A stretch of 63,588 nt of DNA, counting the filler, from Actinomycetota bacterium (GTDB taxonomy: Bacteria > Actinomycetota > CADDZG01 > JAHWKV01 > JAOPZY01): assembly GCA_025963875.1 (NCBI GenBank). It is 5 parts of 5 records of this genome, joined end to end, with 100 filler letters (N's around TTAATTAATTAA, not from the genome) between each part and the next. Parts side by side here need not be neighbours in the genome. Positions count along the whole stretch, not along the records: positions 59,214 to 63,588 come from JAOPZY010000094.1; 4 more parts are not named here. The stretch is one strand, 5' to 3'. Below the pieces are notes generated by a model. That model saw only the letters and a program-made list of their open reading frames with translations. It searched no databases and had not been told where the DNA came from. Below are positions 59,609-63,588 of this stretch, in pieces. Numbering within the stretch: the first letter of the stretch is position 1; the number at the start of each line of letters is the position of its first letter. Position numbers and translations under genes: made by a program.

Positions 59609-61792
59609 CTACGGCTCGGACGCCACTGCGCTGCTCTGGCCTTCGAGCGGGACCTCGATCAGCAGCGTGGTGCCGCTGCCGGCGGGGCTGGTGACCTGGA
59701 GCGTGCCGCCGAGCGCCTCGATGCGATCGCTGAGCCCGACCAGTCCCGACCCTTTGCTGGGGTCGGCTCCCCCGAGCCCGTCGTCGCGGATCGCCAACTG
59801 CAAGATCGCATCGTGGGTGTCGACTTCGACCTTCACGACGGATGCGTGCGCGTGCTTGGCGGCGTTGGTCAACGCTTCCGACACCACGTAGTAGGCCGCG
59901 ACCTCCACACGCTCGGGCAGCCGTCGGTCGGCGTGCAGGTCGAGCTCGACCGGTACCGCCGAACGGCGTGCAAGCGTTCTGAGCGCTGGCCCCAGGCCCC
60001 CCTCGGACAGGATCGCGGGGTGAATCCCGCGGGAGATCTCCCGCAGCTCGTCAAACGCGCTCGCCAGCCCCTCGGCAACGCGCGATAGGTCGCGCTCGAG
60101 CTCGCCGAGCTGCGGCGGCACCGCCGTCTGCACCGCGCGCATCTGCAGCTGGAGCGAGACGAGCCGCTGCTGGATGCCGTCGTGCAGGTCGCGCTCGATC
60201 CGCCTCCGCGTCTCATCGGCGGCGGCGGCGATCCGGGCGCGCGAGGCAATCAGCTGGGCGCCGCTCTCCGCGTTCGCGATCGCCGTCGCCACAAGCTCTG
60301 TGAACGAGGCGAGGCGCGCCTCGGTATCCGCCGCCAGCGGCCGGCCCAGGGATAAGTGGGTCGACATCACCCCCCAGAGGCGGCCCTCGACGATAACCGG
60401 CGTCCCGACGCCTGAGCCGACCTTGTCATCGCGGGCTGCGACACCAAGCGGCCCGGAGGCATCAGCAAAGCCGTCGATCCGGGCGGCGCGGCCCGTCTGG
60501 AAGACGAGCGTGCTGACGTTCTTCCCCCCAAGGCTCCACCGGGGGCCACCACGAGGAGCGATGGGGTCGCCGCCTGTCCTGCCCCAGCCGGCAACGATGG
60601 TCATCGTCGTGCCGTCGGACTCGTAGCGGCCCAGGTGCGCGTAGTCGACGGAAAGCAGCCGCCCGACCTCCTCGGTCACCACCGCGAACAGCTCCTCCGG
60701 CGGCGCTTCATGCGCCACCAGCGTCGCGACCCGCCGCAACGCCGCCTGCTCGTCGGCCAGCCGGGCGAGACCGGCGCGGCTTTCTGCATTCGCGATCGCC
60801 GTGGCAACGAGCTCCGTGAACTCCGCGAGGCGTAACTCCGTTCCCGACGGCAGCGGCTCAGGTTTCGTCGACCCGGCTGTCATCACGCCCCAGAGGCGTC
60901 CCTCGACGATGATGGGAGCGCCAGCTGCGGCCCGAACTCCTGCTCTCTGCAGGGGCTCCGACAACGGGCCAGCGGCAGCCGCGTAGCTGTCGATCCGGGC
61001 CGGCCGTCCCGTCCGAAACACCAGCGCCGAGAGACTCTCACCCTCCAGCACCAGGCGCGCACCAACCTCGAGCTCGAGAGGAACCTCAACGGACTCGCTC
61101 CACCCCCCGATCACGGTTGCGGTGCCGTCGGCCTCGTAGCGAAGGATTCTCGTCCCGGCGATCGAGAGGAGCCTCCCTACCTCCTCGGCAAGGGCAGCAA
61201 AGATCTCCGTCGGCGGCAGACCGCGCGCCACAAGAGTCGCCACCCTCCGGAGCGCCGCCTGCTCGTCAGCAAGCACTCCGAGCGCCGCGCGTGACTCGGA
61301 GTTCGCGATCGCGGTGGCCATGAGCTCGGTGAAGTTCGCCAGGCGCTCCTCGGTGTCCGGAGCCAGAGGCTCTCCCTTCGTCAATACCGTCATCACACCC
61401 CAGAGGCGGCCCTCGACGATGATCGGCGTTCCGACTCCTGAGCCGATGCCCTCCTCGCGGACGGCGGCACCGACCGAGCCTGAGGCATCGGCATAGCTGT
61501 CGATCCGGGCCGGACGGCCGGTCTCCAACACGATCGTCACGAGGTTCTTCCCACCAAGCGTCCACCGACCGCCAACGGGGAAGCGGTCGCCCAGGCGGCC
61601 CCAGGTGGCGACGATGGTCATCGTACCGTCGGACTCGTAGCGGCCGATGGCTACGCTAGCGACCGAAAGGAGCCGTCCGACCTCCTCCGCGACCGCCGCG
61701 AACAGTTCCTCCTGCGGCGCCCCACGCGCCACCAGCGTGGCGACCCAGCGCAACGCCGCCTGCTCCTCGGCCAGCACACGCAAACTCCTCAC
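59609..61792 (-). CDS. Cytoplasmic histidine kinase with three GAF domains (HisKA_3/NarX-like)
   Basis: 3x EQAALR.VATLVA...VEGRLWGVM; ERDLHDG H-box, EALTNAAKHA, DDGLGG. Confidence 0.92.
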   Translation of the reverse strand: MRSLRVLAEEQAALRWVATLVARGAPQEELFAAVAEEVGRLLSVASVAIGRYESDGTMTIVATWGRLGDRFPVGGRWTLGGKNLVTIVLETGRPARIDSYADASGSVGAAVREEGIGSGVGTPIIVEGRLWGVMTVLTKGEPLAPDTEERLANFTELMATAIANSESRAALGVLADEQAALRRVATLVARGLPPTEIFAALAEEVGRLLSIAGTRILRYEADGTATVIGGWSESVEVPLELEVGARLVLEGESLSALVFRTGRPARIDSYAAAAGPLSEPLQRAGVRAAAGAPIIVEGRLWGVMTAGSTKPEPLPSGTELRLAEFTELVATAIANAESRAGLARLADEQAALRRVATLVAHEAPPEELFAVVTEEVGRLLSVDYAHLGRYESDGTTMTIVAGWGRTGGDPIAPRGGPRWSLGGKNVSTLVFQTGRAARIDGFADASGPLGVAARDDKVGSGVGTPVIVEGRLWGVMSTHLSLGRPLAADTEARLASFTELVATAIANAESGAQLIASRARIAAAADETRRRIERDLHDGIQQRLVSLQLQMRAVQTAVPPQLGELERDLSRVAEGLASAFDELREISRGIHPAILSEGGLGPALRTLARRSAVPVELDLHADRRLPERVEVAAYYVVSEALTNAAKHAHASVVKVEVDTHDAILQLAIRDDGLGGADPSKGSGLVGLSDRIEALGGTLQVTSPAGSGTTLLIEVPLEGQSSAVASEP

Positions 61793-62403
61793 CGCTCAAC
61801 GACCCTCCCCATCCCCTCACGATCGCGCGCCGCGCGCAAAAGCGCCTCGACCGACGCCACCGCCCGCCCCTGCACGCGCCGCTCCGTCGTCTGCGGCAGG
61901 TCGGCGGGAACCAGACGGGCATGGCTCAAGCCGCCCCGTTGCCACAGAGTCTCGCCTTCCTGGGGCGGCGCCGGCTGCGGCCGTTCCCCGGATCTTCGAC
62001 GAGCAGACACAAGTACCGGTGTGTCGAATACTTCCCGCTGAGCGGGCAAAATCCGACGCGCCTCCTGGACTGTCGCTCCGATTTGCTGCCTTGCCACGAG
62101 CTGCCCGTCACTAGCACACGGGACCTGCCCGATACCGCCGGTATCAGCCTGGAGGCGCCATCTCGGGGTGCTTGCAGAATTATCGTCTTGCCACAGCCGC
62201 AATTTTGCGGGGGCGAACTGGTCCAGAACCCCATGAGGGGGGGGCAGTGGACGAAGCAGGGCCGGACGGTCGTGAGCAACATACCGGCCAGCTCACAACG
62301 ATGTAAAGATCCGGAACGAAACCGAGAAGATTCATTTGCGGGAACCAGACCCCCGCGCGTTTTAGGTGAAGTGAGCCGAGCTTTGGGTAGACAGGGGCCT
62401 GCG

Positions 62404-63456
62404 ATGCGGGTCTTCTCCTGTCAGAACTGCGGGCAGCGAACGTACTTCGAAAACGTCCGCTGCGAGCGGTGTGGAACCACCTTGGGCTTCCTGCCGGACC
62501 GGCGCGAGCTTCACGCCTTTCGTCCCCTCCCGGACGCCGGCGAGGAGTGCTGGACGCCCGTCGCGCCGGAGGTCCCCGGCCGCTTCCGCCGGTGCGCCAA
62601 CTGGATCGACTACGACGTCTGCAACTGGATGTTCCCCGAAGCCAGCCCGCAGAGGTACTGTCTGGCGTGCCGGCTGAACGATGTCATCCCCGACCTGGAC
62701 CAGCCCGGCAATCTGGAACTGTGGGCCCGCCTCGAGGCAGCGAAGCGGCGGGTGGTCGACGACCTCACGGCGATCGGCCTGGAGATCGTCCCGAAGAGCG
62801 ACGACCCGGAGCGGGGCCTGGCGTTCCGCTTCCTCGCCGACCTTCCCGGGTCCAATGAGCCGACGACAACTGGGCACCAAGACGGCATCATCACAGTGAA
62901 CCTGGCCGAGGCCGACGACGCTGAGCGGGAGCGACGCCGGATGGCCCTCCACGAGCCGTACCGGACCCTGGTCGGGCATTTCCGCCACGAGAGCGGGCAC
63001 TACTACTGGGACCTCCTCGTCGCCGGCAACGAGGAGGTGCTGTCCGGGTTCCGCGAGCTGTTCGGCGACGAGCGGGCGGACTACCAGGAGGCCCTCCGGC
63101 GACACTACGACCAGGGCCCGCCCCCGGATTGGAGGAAGCGCAACGTGTCCGCCTATGCCGCGATGCACCCCTGGGAGGACTGGGCCGAGACGTGGGCCCA
63201 CTACCTGCACGTCCGATCCACCCTGGAGACCGCCGAAGCCGTGGGCATCCGCGCAGCGCCGTCGTGCGAGGCGGCCTCGCTGCCTGATCCCGCCTTCGAC
63301 GATCTGCTCGCCTGCTGGAATCCCCTCACCCAGGCCCTCAACGAGCTCAACCGCTCGATGGGCCTACCCGACCTCTATCCGTTCGTGCTGTCCCCGCCGG
63401 CGGTGGACAAGCTGCGCTTCGTGCACAATGTCGTCACGAGTCGCCGGAGTGCGTGA
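62404..63456 (+). CDS. Zinc-ribbon plus putative zinc-binding metallopeptidase
   Basis: CQNCG/CERCG, HFRHESGHYYW (HExxH), HPWEDWAETWAHYLH, DLYPFVL. Confidence 0.9.
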   Translation: MRVFSCQNCGQRTYFENVRCERCGTTLGFLPDRRELHAFRPLPDAGEECWTPVAPEVPGRFRRCANWIDYDVCNWMFPEASPQRYCLACRLNDVIPDLDQPGNLELWARLEAAKRRVVDDLTAIGLEIVPKSDDPERGLAFRFLADLPGSNEPTTTGHQDGIITVNLAEADDAERERRRMALHEPYRTLVGHFRHESGHYYWDLLVAGNEEVLSGFRELFGDERADYQEALRRHYDQGPPPDWRKRNVSAYAAMHPWEDWAETWAHYLHVRSTLETAEAVGIRAAPSCEAASLPDPAFDDLLACWNPLTQALNELNRSMGLPDLYPFVLSPPAVDKLRFVHNVVTSRRSA

Positions 63457-63588
63457 CGGTCATGGCGCGGTAGAAATAACAAGGATATTTAGGTGTCGGA
63501 TACGACGGCGGCGGAGGAGATCGAGACCGGGGTGGCCCAACTCACCGCGTGGCTGGCGGCGGTGGATCCCGCGGCGCTCTACGAAGCG

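Noticed and set aside
61921..62403. 161-aa N-terminal extension of the metallopeptidase
   Set aside because: The family-like sequence starts at MRVFSC (62404); the extension looks non-coding
63493..63588. Possible start of a DUF222/HNH gene
   Set aside because: Only about 32 codons visible; not enough to call

Overview
High-GC actinobacterial DNA made of five unlinked contigs joined by artificial N/TTAATTAATTAA/N spacers (16218-16317, 32596-32695, 53689-53788, 59114-59213), so synteny only holds within a contig. Contig 1: a surface-polysaccharide cluster and the conserved trmD-rplS-lepB-rnhB-DUF2469-yraN-comM-dprA string, interrupted by clpS-DUF2017 and a beta-propeller gene. Contig 2 (accessory): a thiazole/oxazole RiPP locus (NHLP-type precursor ending SYCCCCCPCCSCT plus a fused E1/YcaO cyclodehydratase), an XRE regulator, a DUF11-TM-trypsin / Pepco-like / membrane-protein operon, a tRNA-Val 3' fragment (att site), and a decaying AICE-like island with an HTH-Nudix-like/cupin pair. 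Contig 3: a patatin-like gene; a 1.55-kb element with IS630-like inverted repeats at a CTAG site that carries only tnpB (rearranged RuvC, PafBC-type promoter plus LexA box); gnd-zwf; udgX; yciF; a caa3-oxidase/bcc respiratory operon; and an encapsulin with ferritin-like cargo. Contig 4: a GGDEF(-EAL) gene, an IdeR-box lipoprotein, phhB-folE-methyltransferase and hlyC/corC. Contig 5: a triple-GAF histidine kinase and a zinc metallopeptidase. Best novelty candidates are the TIR-bounded TnpB element, the poly-Cys NHLP RiPP and the transmembrane trypsin/Pepco module. All family assignments come from reading motifs by eye, not from database searches.
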